DNA of 64,000 bases, taken from NCBI GenBank assembly GCA_964035545.1, contig OZ037767.1:15318998-15382997 (forward strand), in the 5' to 3' direction. The notes beneath the pieces were generated by a model. The model ran no database searches. It saw only the letters and a program-made list of their open reading frames with translations, and was not told where the DNA came from. Made by a program: the position numbers and the translations under genes. Source of the stretch: Bugula neritina. Lineage: Eukaryota; Animalia; Bryozoa. Below are positions 1 to 11,900 of this stretch, one piece after another. How positions within the stretch are numbered: position 1 is the first letter of the stretch; each line of letters starts with the position of its first letter.

Positions 1-648
1 TGCACCACCTGCAGGCTGTGTCAGCAGCACTTCTCTACTCATCGCCGTTTGCGCGTCCATGTACCGCAACACTTCCTAACCACCCTCTGTCCCTGTGGTG
101 AATTCAGTTACCACAGGGACTACATCCTCAGACACCAGCGCACCATGGAATGACACGTGGGGCACCTATATGATGTGGATCAATACAACTTCCACACCTT
201 CCTCAACCTAATAATGCCTTTCATTAAAGACCTCCCCCGTTTCGAGCGACTGAAACAAGGATTCCCATCCCCTCGCCTCATCACTCATGTACCGTGTCCG
301 AAACCCCCCAGACACAGGAAATCTGCAAAGCCACCCCACTCTCCTCCAGCACAAACTGTACCTCGACCCACCACCCTACCATGAGTCCTGCTCCAAAGAG
401 TCGAGATACCTCGAAAACGACGCTCCTCCTCTCCCGTTTCTGTACAACCTTCTACTAAACGCCGCTGGCATTCATCCTTCCCAAAACGGCATGCTTCCAC
501 TGCTCGCAATTTAAAAGAAGTTGAACTCCGCATATATGACTTGGAGGCTGAGGTTCAACGATTAACCCCCAGAGTGGATGCCGCCGCCTCAGAGCTTAAA
601 ACTCTCAAAGCCTCCATGGCTCTACTCAAGCGAGGTGACCAGGATTGA
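1..648 (+). pseudogene. Retrotransposon accessory ORF remnant: C2H2 zinc finger + CPCG motif + basic Ser/Pro-rich segment + coiled coil
   Basis: Frame +1 reads CRLCQQHFSTHRRLRVHVPQH (C-x2-C-x12-H-x3-H), then FLTTLCPCG...YDVD...LIMP...RNLKEVELRIYDLEAEVQRLTPRVDAAASELKTLKASMALLKR. In-frame TGA at 151-153 and 382-384. Collinear with ORF 47290-48105. Confidence 0.8.
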
Positions 649-989
649 ACCCTTGACAACAGTATTCCCCTTCTCCACTTCTTCCGACCATCCACACCTG
701 CAGGTGGTGACAATCTCTCTCTCTCCACGCTCACCCCTCTCCCGGCCGTATCTGATCTCGGTGCTACATGATCTCCGTATGTGGATATTGTTTATATTTT
801 TTATTTCTTATATCAACACGTAGTTTAGCTCAATAATGTGTAAATTCCTTTTGAGAATATGTCCACCTTACGTTATATTTCTGATGTTCAGATCTTATAT
901 TTTTGGTTTTTTTATTATTTTGTTTTATGTTTTTTTTTTTTGTTGTTGGGTAAATATCAGGAAGGTATGCTTCCTGCTGGGGGGGGCGG

Positions 990-1264
990 TGTAATGGGGC
1001 GTGGTTTACGCGTCAAGCGCACGCCCTGCCAATCACAGAGAGTGATAGATGACAATTGTATTAAGCCAAGCAGAACAGTAGTAGTTAGTTAGCGTGTACT
1101 TGCAGCGATGTAAAGTAGCAATTACAGTGATACTTATAGATATTTTCATGTTCTATTTTATGGTTTATAATAAAGTTTACAAACGAAACTACAGTCGAAT
1201 TGCCTGTGACTAAATGCTAATTGCTCACTAGAAAGCCCACATAATCATTGTGCATCGCACAACA
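990..1264 (+). repeat. 3' LTR of element G1 (275 bp)
   Basis: Starts TG directly after the PPT, ends CA, contains AATAAA near 1168, followed by ATAT. Confidence 0.8.
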
Positions 1265-2630
1265 ATATTCAACAATCTTAGCAATTTATGAAACTGTTCA
1301 TGTAAAATCTAAATTTAAAATTTTTTTTCAGTATTGCTGTAATTCTCCGTATAAGTTTTGTTAGTTTGTTGAAAATTCATCTTTTTGTATACCTATAATA
1401 CTTTAAACAAACATTACATATGACTTGAATATTGATTAGTGCTACATGAATTAGCTTAGGACTTGTTTGACAAAGATCAAATTCAATAATTAAATTATGT
1501 GGTGAATATTGGACTATGATATGTTCAAATTTGTTTTATTATTTTAAAACTTGTTTGATTTCATGCAAGTCCAACATTTTGGCCTATAATGTAAACGAAC
1601 GGTTTTTATCATATCAACAAAGCGCTTAATGCAATAATTACATTCTTAGCAAAATGGCAACATGTGTTAATTTGATTTTTAAAAAACTGTAACAATAAAC
1701 ATTTCCTTGATAGCACTTTTGCAATATAGAATATTTAGTTTAAATTGCGGTACCTTGTATGAACTGCGGTAGACATTATATGAATTAGGTTTTGTTTATA
1801 CCTTAATGATTTCCAGTCAGAAATTTAATTTGGCAGCGTTGAAATTTTTCCATTAGGTTGCATTGCATTATTAAAGTCACTCGTAAACATTTTTGTACTG
1901 TGATAACTTAATCGGCCGAGTTCAAAATAACAATCAAAAGGATTAATAACTCTTTGTAAACATCATTATTTAGTTATGACTTGAGTGACTATAGATGACA
2001 ATTCAATATGTTTATAATTATATTGTCAATGCTTTCCCAATTATCGCTTTTATGTTGTCAGCTTTATTAATTTAGGACGTTTACAAAGGAAGTCAAATTG
2101 CAACTTTCTTCTATAATATTATAGTAACATACTCTGATTACAAGTCTATGATCTAAACTGCGAAATTTTATGGTTACACAGTTTGTGAATTCAAGTTGCA
2201 TGGCAGGAACAAACATATAACAACTTTTAGAATATATGCTTGCCCATTAATACTGGTCTTATATAATTATTACTGGTCTTACAAAGCAGGTTCTATTAAA
2301 CTTTAGTTACGCTCCAACTGACTACTAACTGCCCTGTATGGCTTAATACAATCGTTATTTATAACTCTCTGTGATTGGCAGGGGGTGCGGGTGACGTGTA
2401 AACCACGCCCCATTACATTATAAAGCGGGTTCTATTAAACTCCTCCTTAATTTATTACTAATCCTATATAATACCAGTCTTCTTAAAATAAGCTGGTCCT
2501 ATAATACTGGTCCTATAATATACTAATCCTGTATTACCTACAATATATAGGCCTATAGTAAGCTGGTCCTATATTACTTATATAGTCCTACATTACTGGC
2601 CCTATTTAATAAACTTATCCTATATTATAT
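1265..2630. repeat. Segmental duplicate of intron 2 of paralogue E (direct copy of about 61741-63000)
   Basis: Long collinear similarity, e.g. gtattgctgtaattctccgt...ttagtttgttgaaa and cttaatcggccgagttcaaa. It includes the degenerate actggtcctata tandem array. Confidence 0.9.
2303..2417 (-). mobile_element. Truncated LTR fragment related to the G1 LTR, inverted
   Basis: Reverse complement reads TGTAATGGGGCGTGGTTTACACGTCACCCGCACCCCCTGCCAATCACAGAGAG..., matching 990 onward. Absent from the paralogous 62xxx segment. Confidence 0.8.
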
Positions 2631-2775
2631 TATTTTGGAAAAAAGTAACTATGTTATAATGGCAAAAGTACTATACTTATATATTTTCTAGTACATATAT
2701 ATGCTCATTAAACCATAATTTTTATTCAAAAAAAATGTTGACATGAATATTAATCAACCCTGCTGGTATTTCAAG

Positions 2776-4420
2776 GTCACCCTTACGCTGGTTTGCAGAC
2801 GGATAATACTTGTTTCTGTGGAAGTGAGTCTGACAAGTATGGAATCGGTGAAAAAACGAGCTGCCAAGACCTTTGCAAAGGAAATACCAGTCTGATATGT
2901 GGAGGAGGCTGGAGAAACAGCGTCTATAAAATAACTGGAAAAGGTGAATAAAAAATGAACTCAAAATTAATATTGAACAATTATATTTCAATGCAAATAA
3001 GGAAAATAAAAATATTTTTGATGCTTATTTACTATTATTTTAAAGCCTAAAAATTTGTATATTTGTACCTAAATTTTAATAAGATTTTAATCGTAAAATA
3101 TGCTTAGATTTAAAGTCACTTCAACAATGTATCAAACAGCTGAATTTTGTTCAAATTATATATACTGTAGAAAAGAATGAATCTAGCCAAAGTGTACCAA
3201 GACCCATTCGCTATGTCGGCAAAATTGAAGTTGGAGAAATGACTGATGACATCATATCCTTTATTGAACATCCAACTGATTCTACTAAAATAATGGCAGC
3301 TACATCAAAACAACTTGTAGAGATCAATCATCATGGAGACTGTACAGTAGTAGCTGGTGTGCAGCTGCAAAGTTGTTTGCATACGCAAAACTCACTTTCA
3401 TTTGCTTCCATCAGCCATATTGTTTATGCTCACTTCACTGATCTGAATTTACATCACTTCCTGTTTAACAAGTCTGTCATTTTGGTGGCTGATGAAGGTG
3501 ACCATTGCATTAAATTCTTTGAATTTCAACAGAAACCTTTGTTCTCTAATCTTCAAACCTACAAAATTGGCAATTGTGGACTTCCACAAGTATCCCCTTT
3601 GTTAGCTGATAAAGTTCGACACTTTAGTGAACCTCAGGCAATCATGCTGAATAGCCCAAAACATCTTTCTCTGTACCATGACTCTGAGACTATTAGACTG
3701 GTTGTTAACTGTGTACTGACTGAAGTATACTCTGTTATTGTTAGTATCTATCCAACTCACACTGTAGCATATGAGTACAGTGGACACCCTGGGTACGTTA
3801 TTACCGACATGTTAAATCATTTTGATTTTCCAATGATGAAATCACAGGGATTTAGCAGTGTGGAAAACAAAAGTGATTTAGCAAAGGTTGATTTGCATAT
3901 TGAGGATAATCTTGGCACATTAATCGGGGTTTATTTTTATTTTTGTGAGTCAACTATTAGTTCAGAAGTTCCCAGACTGTTAGTTGATTTGCCAACAATA
4001 TTAATGAGTGGTAAAACTCAATATTTGGTTTACAATCATACTAGTCAGGAGCTGTTCATACGGAATTTACAAGTGTTACATCTTCCTCTGGAAGCGGAGT
4101 CTAAACTGAGTCAATATACTGTAGCACGTGATTCTCTCATACTCTACAGTCAAAGCCTGAAAACATTTTATTTCACAAAGAAATATTCTCAATATCAGAG
4201 AGTTAGTGAGAGTCAGTGTAGTCAGTCTACTATACAAAAGTTACAGGTGAATGGAGCTGAATCTTGTGCTTATGTCTGCTTTAAATATGGCGACCTTTGT
4301 GTTTACTTTTCATTCAATAGTGCAGACAACTTCTGTTATATTCATAATGAGGTCAGCAATACTAGTTTCATTACTACTCCAGGTTTCTACTGTTACACAT
4401 CTTTAAATTATATACTTTAA
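2776..4420 (+). pseudogene. WSC - NHL-like propeller - PAN/Apple paralogue A, 5'-truncated (exons 2776-2943 and 3171-4420; no exon 1)
   Basis: Exon 2 HPYAGLQTDNTCFCGS...CQDLCKGNTSLICGGGWRNSVY is the WSC C-terminal half, with AG/GT phase-1 splice sites. Exon 3 is open and contains ILVADEGDHCIK and a PAN-type ESCAYVC..CVYFSFN..CYIH..CY. Homology to D stops at about 2632, inside intron 1. Confidence 0.8.
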
Positions 4421-5059
4421 ATGTTTAAACAATTTGTTGGTTCTTTTAACAACGATATTATATCCCAATTTTAATTTAGTAAGTTATCACACAAATAATA
4501 ACTTATTGAATGAGTTTTATGCAAAGAACATAATATATTTCTGATGCTGGTAACATTTACAATTATATTTATGTTTACAGTCTAATATCTATGTTTCGTA
4601 CAATATTTTACACGGAGAGAAATATTAGTGCAGAGCTTGCACTAAAGTTGTTCAAAGAGCCTTTTATTGTCGGTATAACCTGCACCACACCTCTAATAGT
4701 TGTTAGACCTGCACTTATTTTGATGAAATTGAAAATTAATCCAATTAGTGTGAGCTGAAAAATATTTTGTAGTAGCTCTGAAACCACTTAGTTGTTAAGT
4801 CAACCCTACTTTTCACAGGTATTACGTAATCATCATCCCTAGGTCTGAATGAAGCTAAACAGTAGTTGATAGGAGCAGGAAGTGAGATCAATGCTACAAC
4901 TACATATGTTCAAGCAAAATTTTATTTACATAAGAGTTATGGAACAATTGGCAGTTGTTCATCTGACAACATTATTTGTTCACATGTGCACTAATGATGA
5001 TCAAAAACCTTTATAGGAAGCTAGGATAGAGTAGAACCCTACATTTGGGTCATTTCAAT

Positions 5060-8000
5060 AGACCATGTAAAACTCAGCCAATCAGCAAAGTGTACCAGGT
5101 CAATGTTCTACCATTGTAACTGATATAAAATTCTGCAAGTTCAATTGCAAAATGCTTGCCTCTAAAAGCTAGTTGTGCAACTTTTTTTTCATGCATTATT
5201 TAATTTCATATCTTAAATTGATGACTCTTGAAATGATTTTTTAAAATGTCTAAATTAAGTGTTCATAAAATGCAATTGAAAATTGCATGTCTAAAAAAAT
5301 GACCTGGTACACTTTTGCAACGTAAGGCCAATTATTACATAACTGCCAGCTTAGTAGTTATTTGTTGTTGCAACTTGAATGGGTTATTGTTTAGCCTTGA
5401 AAGCTTGTAGCAAACGTCTGTGAATTTGGTACATGACTTTGATTGGTTGGTTTTTGAATGGCCCCTTAGTATAGCCTCTGGATGGCTGGGTAGTGTAGAC
5501 TCCGCCTACATCTAGCTAATGTACAGTAGCCAATCCACAGTAGTATTACAAAATTTCTGTTTAAGAAATGAAATATTCTGGTCATTTGTTTTGTACTTTA
5601 CAATAGTAAATATTCTATTCAACTGGAATTTTGTTGTATGTAAGCCATGGGAACTACTAAGAGGTTAAATCAACCACCCATGCTGATAATATTGTAGCTC
5701 GCAGTAATAGCAAGTCTACACCATATAAATATACACATAAGCTATTATGTGCAGCTTATGAATGCTGAAATGATCCCATTTCTTACCTTCAATTTGAAAA
5801 AATTGTATTACATATTCTGCCACTTCTGCACCGAGTATGTGTTTTCCTTTTAAATTTTGAAAATAGTAGTTAGTTTCTGCAGCAGTCAACTGCATCCACA
5901 ATCAACAATTTAAGCTTTCAAATAAACTATAAATATATGAAATATTAGTGTGGAAACAATGTAATTTATTTATTGCTATGATGAAAAATTACAAGAATAT
6001 TATATAAAAGCTAGATATAGATTTCTAGTAAAATGGCACAGGTAAAAATAACACATTTTTACTTCAAATTCTAAACTTCATCAGTCACCAATGGTGGCTG
6101 TAGATTGCAGAGAGCACAGCAGACTATCATAATCATTTGGGTTACCAACGCACTAAAGCATATAATGTAAGACGCACAAAAAATATTGGTTTCAATGAAA
6201 CATGTGAAAGAAACAAACAGAAAAGTTTTCAAGAGAGTCAGCTGATATAGAGCAACAGAACTCATCTGACAGCCATCCTCATAGTCAGACTTCATCAGAA
6301 GTAACTGAGTTACCAGAATCATCAACTACTCAGAAAAGAAGATCTGCACATTCTATTGATAGACGAAAAGCAAAAGTTGGAAGAAAAAGCAACTATTAAA
6401 AAAGTAAAAGTTTTTAAAACTTTCACCACTACAGATGAGCAAACTAAATTTTTTACTGAAATACCTACACATTCTTTATACTTTTCTTTAGCAAGGTAAT
6501 AAATATTATTTTCTTATTGCAAAGATATACTATGGTATATTACAAATAAACAATGCAAGTCTCACTATGCTAAAATGTGTACATTATTGATTAAGTTTGA
6601 TGTGTATTAAAACTGTCATTTTAATTAAATTTGTTGCAGTGTGAGTGCATCATTCATACATTTTTTATTAAAAATTTTGTTTTATGTAAGATATTCACAA
6701 ATACCACAGTGGTCATCTGTATGCTTTGACTTATTTAGTTTAGGGTTTTATTTAAACAAGCAGCAGTATTTTATTTGTGGACAAATTGACTCATTTTCTC
6801 CAGGAGAAGTAAATTGTTTTGACCTAAATTTTCCTTGGCTATTTTAAAGCTTATCAAAAATAACCTCCTAATCTAATTATTAGCTGAAACTAACTCAGTG
6901 TTTAAAACTAAAATGGTTTACACTTGTTACTAGTTTCACTTACTCCCAAAATTGTTAAATGCTATTCTAAAGATAATATGGGTTTGAATTAGTTATAGTA
7001 TAATTATAAAATGAAGTAATTGTTTGTACACAGTATTTGTTTAAACTCATGACTTCATTCAAAGCCTGTATTCATACAACTAGCTTATTATGTACTATTA
7101 CAGTATTACATAACACATGTTGACACACATTACAAATTCTGTTTGGATGGTGATATATTGGGTCAGGCCTTCAGCTAGCAGTTCTTGAACTTCATAGTTG
7201 TTGCAAAATATAACTGAAGCTACTTACCGGAGGGTAAAAACTGCTGAATGAATACAAGCTTAGCACAAAATTTATTTAGCACATACATTATAATTTGAAT
7301 CATAATTTAATTTTCATTCTTTATTTACTATACTTAGATTTATATGTCCGAAGATGAAAGTTCTCACTCTCAGAAATAAGTTAACAAGGCAAGGTGAACT
7401 TTTATTGGCTTTGATGAAGCGGCGTCAAGGTTTACAGTTTTAAATAATTGCTGGCCTTTTTTATATCTCTAGATTGCTAGCAAGCAAAACCTTCAAAGAC
7501 ACATTAGATATTTTAGCAAGAGAACTACACAATCTAATACATTTTCTACCAAGAGAGAAGCTGAACATCACTCTGAGCTTTCAAAGCCAATATGCTAACA
7601 TTAGGTGCATTATAGACTGCACAGAAATATTAATTTGTAAGCCTCAATCAAAGCTGGCTCAATCTTTAACATGGAGTGAGTGTAAAAAGATCAACACCAT
7701 CAAGTATTTGGTTGCAATTACACCCAGGGGCACTATCTTTCAAAATTTGAAAGGAAAACACATTCTTGGTGCAGAAGTGGCGGAATATGTAATACAATTT
7801 TTAAAAATTGAAGGTAAGAAATGGGGTCATTTCAGCATTCATAAGCTGCACATAATAGCTTATGTGTATATTTATATGGTGTGGACTTGCTATTACTGTG
7901 AGCTACAATATTACCAGCATGGGTGGTTGATTTAACCTTAGTAGTTCCCATGGCTTACATACAACAAAATTCCAGTTGAATAGAATATTTACTATTGTAA

Positions 8001-8537
8001 AGTACAAAACAAATGACCAGAATATTTCATTTGTTAAACATAAATTTTGTAATACTACTGTGGATTGGCTACTGTACATTAGCTAGATGTAGGCAGAGTC
8101 TACACTACCCAGCCATCCAGATGCTATACTAAGGGGCCAATCAAAAACCAGCCAATCAAAGTCATGTACCAAATTCACAGACGTTCGCTACAAGCTTTCA
8201 ATGCTAAAGAAAAACCTATTCAAGCTGCAACAACAAATAACTACTAAGCTGGCAGTTATGTAATAATTGGCCTTAAGTTGCAAAAGTGTACCAGGTCATT
8301 TTTTTAGACATGCAATTTTTAATTGCATTTTATAAACACTTAATTTAGACATTTTAAAAAATAATTTTAAGAGTCATCAACTTAAGATATGAAATTAAAT
8401 AATGCATAAAAAAAAGTTGCACAACTAGCTTTTAGAAGCATGCATTTTGCAATTGAACTTGCAAAATTTTATATCAGTTACAATGGTAAGACATTGACCT
8501 GGTACACTTCGCTGATTGGCTGAGTTTTACATGGTCT
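5060..8537 (+). mobile_element. ISL2EU/PIF-Harbinger-type DNA transposon derivative with about 800-bp inverted arms
   Basis: Termini AGACCATGTAAAACTCAGCCAATCAGC / GCTGATTGGCTGAGTTTTACATGGTCT. Inserted after AT; the empty site is at 17481-17500. Arms 5060-5867 and 7732-8537 are inverted copies. Confidence 0.85.
6418..7737 (+). pseudogene. Truncated ISL2EU/Harbinger-type transposase (HTH + N-terminal part of the DDE_Tnp_4-type catalytic domain)
   Basis: Exon remnants TDEQTKFFTEIPT (about 6430), ELLLALMKRRQGL...IS (about 7400) and IRCIIDCTEILICKPQSKLAQSLTWSECKKINTIKYLVAITPRGTI. One internal stop; cut off at 7737 by the inverted arm. Confidence 0.8.
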
Positions 8538-8581
8538 AATAGACCATGTAAAACTCAGCCAATCAGCAAAGTGTACCAGGT

Positions 8582-8941
8582 GCTTCCCAGTTAGATGCTA
8601 TTTATACATTTACGTGCAATTTATTTGAATACTATTGAAATATATGTGTATTTAAATAAATTTGAGGCAATTGCTTTTTATAATTGGCACACAAATAAAT
8701 TTCTTTGCTCTGCATAAACCTATTAATTTTACATTTTCTATATTTTTTTTTTTGAAAAAATGTTATTATTAATGCATTTAATGCTTTTTTTCAACACAAA
8801 TATGGGAAAATTCAAATATTATCGCAAATATATCCTATTAATGGTTATTTTATGTTTAGCAATTAATATAAAAGTTATATAAGGGTATACAGGTATATAA
8901 TACTTAGTACCAAAACAAAAAATACAACCTAACTGGGGAGC
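8582..8941. mobile_element. Small MITE-like element (second copy 17495-17856; related inverted copies just upstream of exon 1 of B and D)
   Basis: Ends gcttcccagttag / ctaactggggagc form a 13-bp imperfect TIR. The internal sequence resembles the reverse complement of about 14860-15020 and 32990-33155. Confidence 0.5.
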
Positions 8942-11900
8942 ATATAAGTGGAATGAAACTCCTTCAACCTACTAGCTGTTTATGATTTCGAAATATTTTT
9001 GAACCCAAGACTTTTTCAAATAGCTTTTTACCAGACTACTATTAAACATTGCCCCACTCCGTTTATCAAAGACTTAAGTTGAATTTATCAACAAAAAATT
9101 TCAACTGGACATATCTCTTGCATGGGTAGTTTAGGCTTCACTAGTCAATTTCATTCATGGAAAGGAAATAGCCAACTAATTTAAAATGTGTGTAAAAGAG
9201 AGATCAGGGAGATGCACCATTTAACTCCAATGTACTCAGTTGTCAGCAAATGTGTTTCAAACAAGAAGCTTAAAATTAACAATGAAACAAGCTACTGAAT
9301 AGTCAATTGTGGATCAAGTGAACCACTTCAAAAGCCTTGTGTAAACTACCTGGTGGAACAAAAGAAGATGTTGCATAACAGAGCTATAGTAAGGAAATAT
9401 TTAAATTGTAATTCAAAGGCAAGAAACTGGCTTACCAAGCATCGAAAGAGCAAAACAAAGGTTATTACATAACAGCACAAGGTTTTCATTCATGGCTATT
9501 GACAGAAGAAATATTCTGCAGGCATAGTGAACACCAGAGGCTCAGACTAAGAGGTTGTGCTTTGAGATTCAGTAAATTTGTGCTTCCAAACAACTTCACA
9601 ACATGGAAGACATTGAATCAGTTAATCACCAGGGTAAAGATTGCAGCTACCTCTCAGAGATAGAAGATGATCACTTTCTTTCAGAGTTAGGAACTAAAGT
9701 TGTTATTGCAATTTGCAGCAAAGGGTAAGCTCAATCATTTGCTTAACATTGTCATTTGCTATCATAATGACAGTATGAGTATGACTATTGCTATAGACAG
9801 ATAATTGAATTTGTGCAACTATAAATTTTAAGAGACCACATTGACTGATATTTCCCAAACTACTCTATTCCTATATCAATTTGATACGCCTGTTCCTGTA
9901 ATCATTTATTTCTAAAAAGTTTAGTGTTTTATTTCAACGTCATCTTCTAACAATTTGTGCCAAATAATGCAGTTTAGAAGCCTACAAGTAGTTATAGGCC
10001 TTAAGCAACTGCCAAGCTAACTTCTTGTTTTATACTTTATAGCTAAGTACCAAAATGCCAAGTTTAGTGGTGAGTTGGCAAAGTTGATAAATACAAGAAC
10101 ATTTTATTAACTTCCGTACCACCAGTTTATTTCCTTATTTATTTTTGCACAGCACAATTAAATGCTGAAATAGAAAAAGATGTTTAAATAGCAATATTTC
10201 TCTTGGTAGTACTGTATTTGTTTTTCAGTTTATAGACATACTGAAACTCATTTCGATATAAGAGGCCCATATAAAATAACAAATAATCATCTTGAGTTTT
10301 TTACGGGAACACAATTACTTTTTATAGTCCCGACTGTTTCAAAGCATTCATTCATCATAATGCAGTTTCCATTCAGCTAATGAGTTTTAAGCTTGCCATA
10401 ATTTAAATTTGTCAGATTTAATAGCTTAGAAAAGCGATGCTTTATTTGGTTATAACTGTTAAGTGAAACTGTTGAGTTAACTGTTATAACTGGACTGGTA
10501 AAGTAGCATTGCTAATCAACTTCATGCTAGGGGTGTGTAAATAGTATCCACAAAATACTGTGATTGCTCTTTTTGACATTCCTTGAACTCAATGTGCATT
10601 AATTATGTCTGAATACGCTATGAGCAGAGCGCCAGACATGTAATGGAAATCAGTGATTGTGTCAGAAGTGGTGGTATTTATTAACGGATGGTATTCACTT
10701 GTAACTTTAAGACAGGATCAAATGCTGTATTTCAGGTGACCATTACAGCTTATTTGGTCACAATGTTGCTCATTGTGTAAATCTTAATAGTGACTACGTA
10801 TTCATCTCCAGCCATTGTTATATAATGCCTTAAATACTGTATCTCCGCTGTGAGGTGGTTCAAAATGACATTTCTGAAACTTGTTAGTTGCCCATTTTCA
10901 TGGACCAGCCATTTGCATGGGCAAGATTGCAAGTGTGTGCCTGTTTGTATACTAGTGTTCATTTTCTCTGGCCCATAGAGAGCAATTCATGTGGGTAAAG
11001 TTCATGCTTCTAACATTTTTGATTGTTGGAGTATATTTTAGGCTTTACAGCTATGAGCTGTTTTAAATCTGTCTCACTACAAACTGGTCAGGTGCTTATG
11101 GTTTCTTGCTGTACGCATTATTAAACCTAGATATATCTCAACTCTCAACAATCGTGCCTACCTGTACAATACACAGCTGTTGGTTTTGAAAAACCCAGAT
11201 GTATGTGACTCATTTACCAGTAGAGCATTTGCACATAGAATTCTTGAGGTTTTCAAAGTCCAAGTAAGTGCCCGTTTTCGGCCTACTGGTGTTGAGCTTC
11301 AAATACATGGACATCAGCAATAGTTTACTACCTCTGTTATGCAACAATTTATGTTGGGAGTTAATCATATATATTTACTTTCCAGCTGCATTGCCTAAAG
11401 TTTTTTATCATTCCGCTGTACAAGTTATGGTATTGGTAAGCTGCAGAATAAGGCCGTCTAAAAGAAGTGCATATAAAAACTGTACACGGTAGTTTACTAA
11501 AGCTAAATCATTGAATGATTGCTAGTTATTTTCTATGAGTGAAGGAGGGAGTTTATTATCTGCAGAAAATTGAATAAGTTTATAGGAGTATATTAGTAGT
11601 AACACTAGGATGTAGACTTGCTATTACAAGCTAAAATATATACAGCAGAGAAGGTTGGTAGTTCCCATGGCTTACATGCCATAAAATCCTTGCTGAATAG
11701 CTTATTTACTATTGTGAACAAAAGGTCTGTAAACAGAATGTTAGTATAATACTACCCTGTAGCTTGAGCCATGTAAATGTAGACAGAGTGTACAATATTT
11801 AGGCCATCAGATATGCACTCATTAGAATTTCAAGTTTGCATGATGTTAAGGTAGAATTTGTTGTCTCTCTTACACTCTATGGTTCATAAGCTATTTGCTG

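Larger units (their letters stand above)
1..1264 (+). mobile_element. 3' end of a Gypsy/Ty3-type LTR retrotransposon (element G1): accessory ORF remnant, PPT and 3' LTR; continues left of the window
   Basis: G-rich PPT ctgctggggggggcgg ends at 989, followed by TGTAATGGGG...CGCACAACA (990-1264, TG..CA). Sequence homologous to 61741+ resumes at 1265 with ATAT. The ORF remnant and pre-PPT region match the complete Gypsy at 46693-59621. Confidence 0.85.

Noticed and set aside
151-153. TGA aligned with a Cys of ORF3 as selenocysteine
   Set aside because: A second in-frame stop at 382-384 indicates ordinary decay; no SECIS identified.
7738-7935. C-terminus of ORF 7474-7935 and ORF 5716-5901 as real protein
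   Set aside because: Both are read-through of the inverted arm, not transposase sequence.
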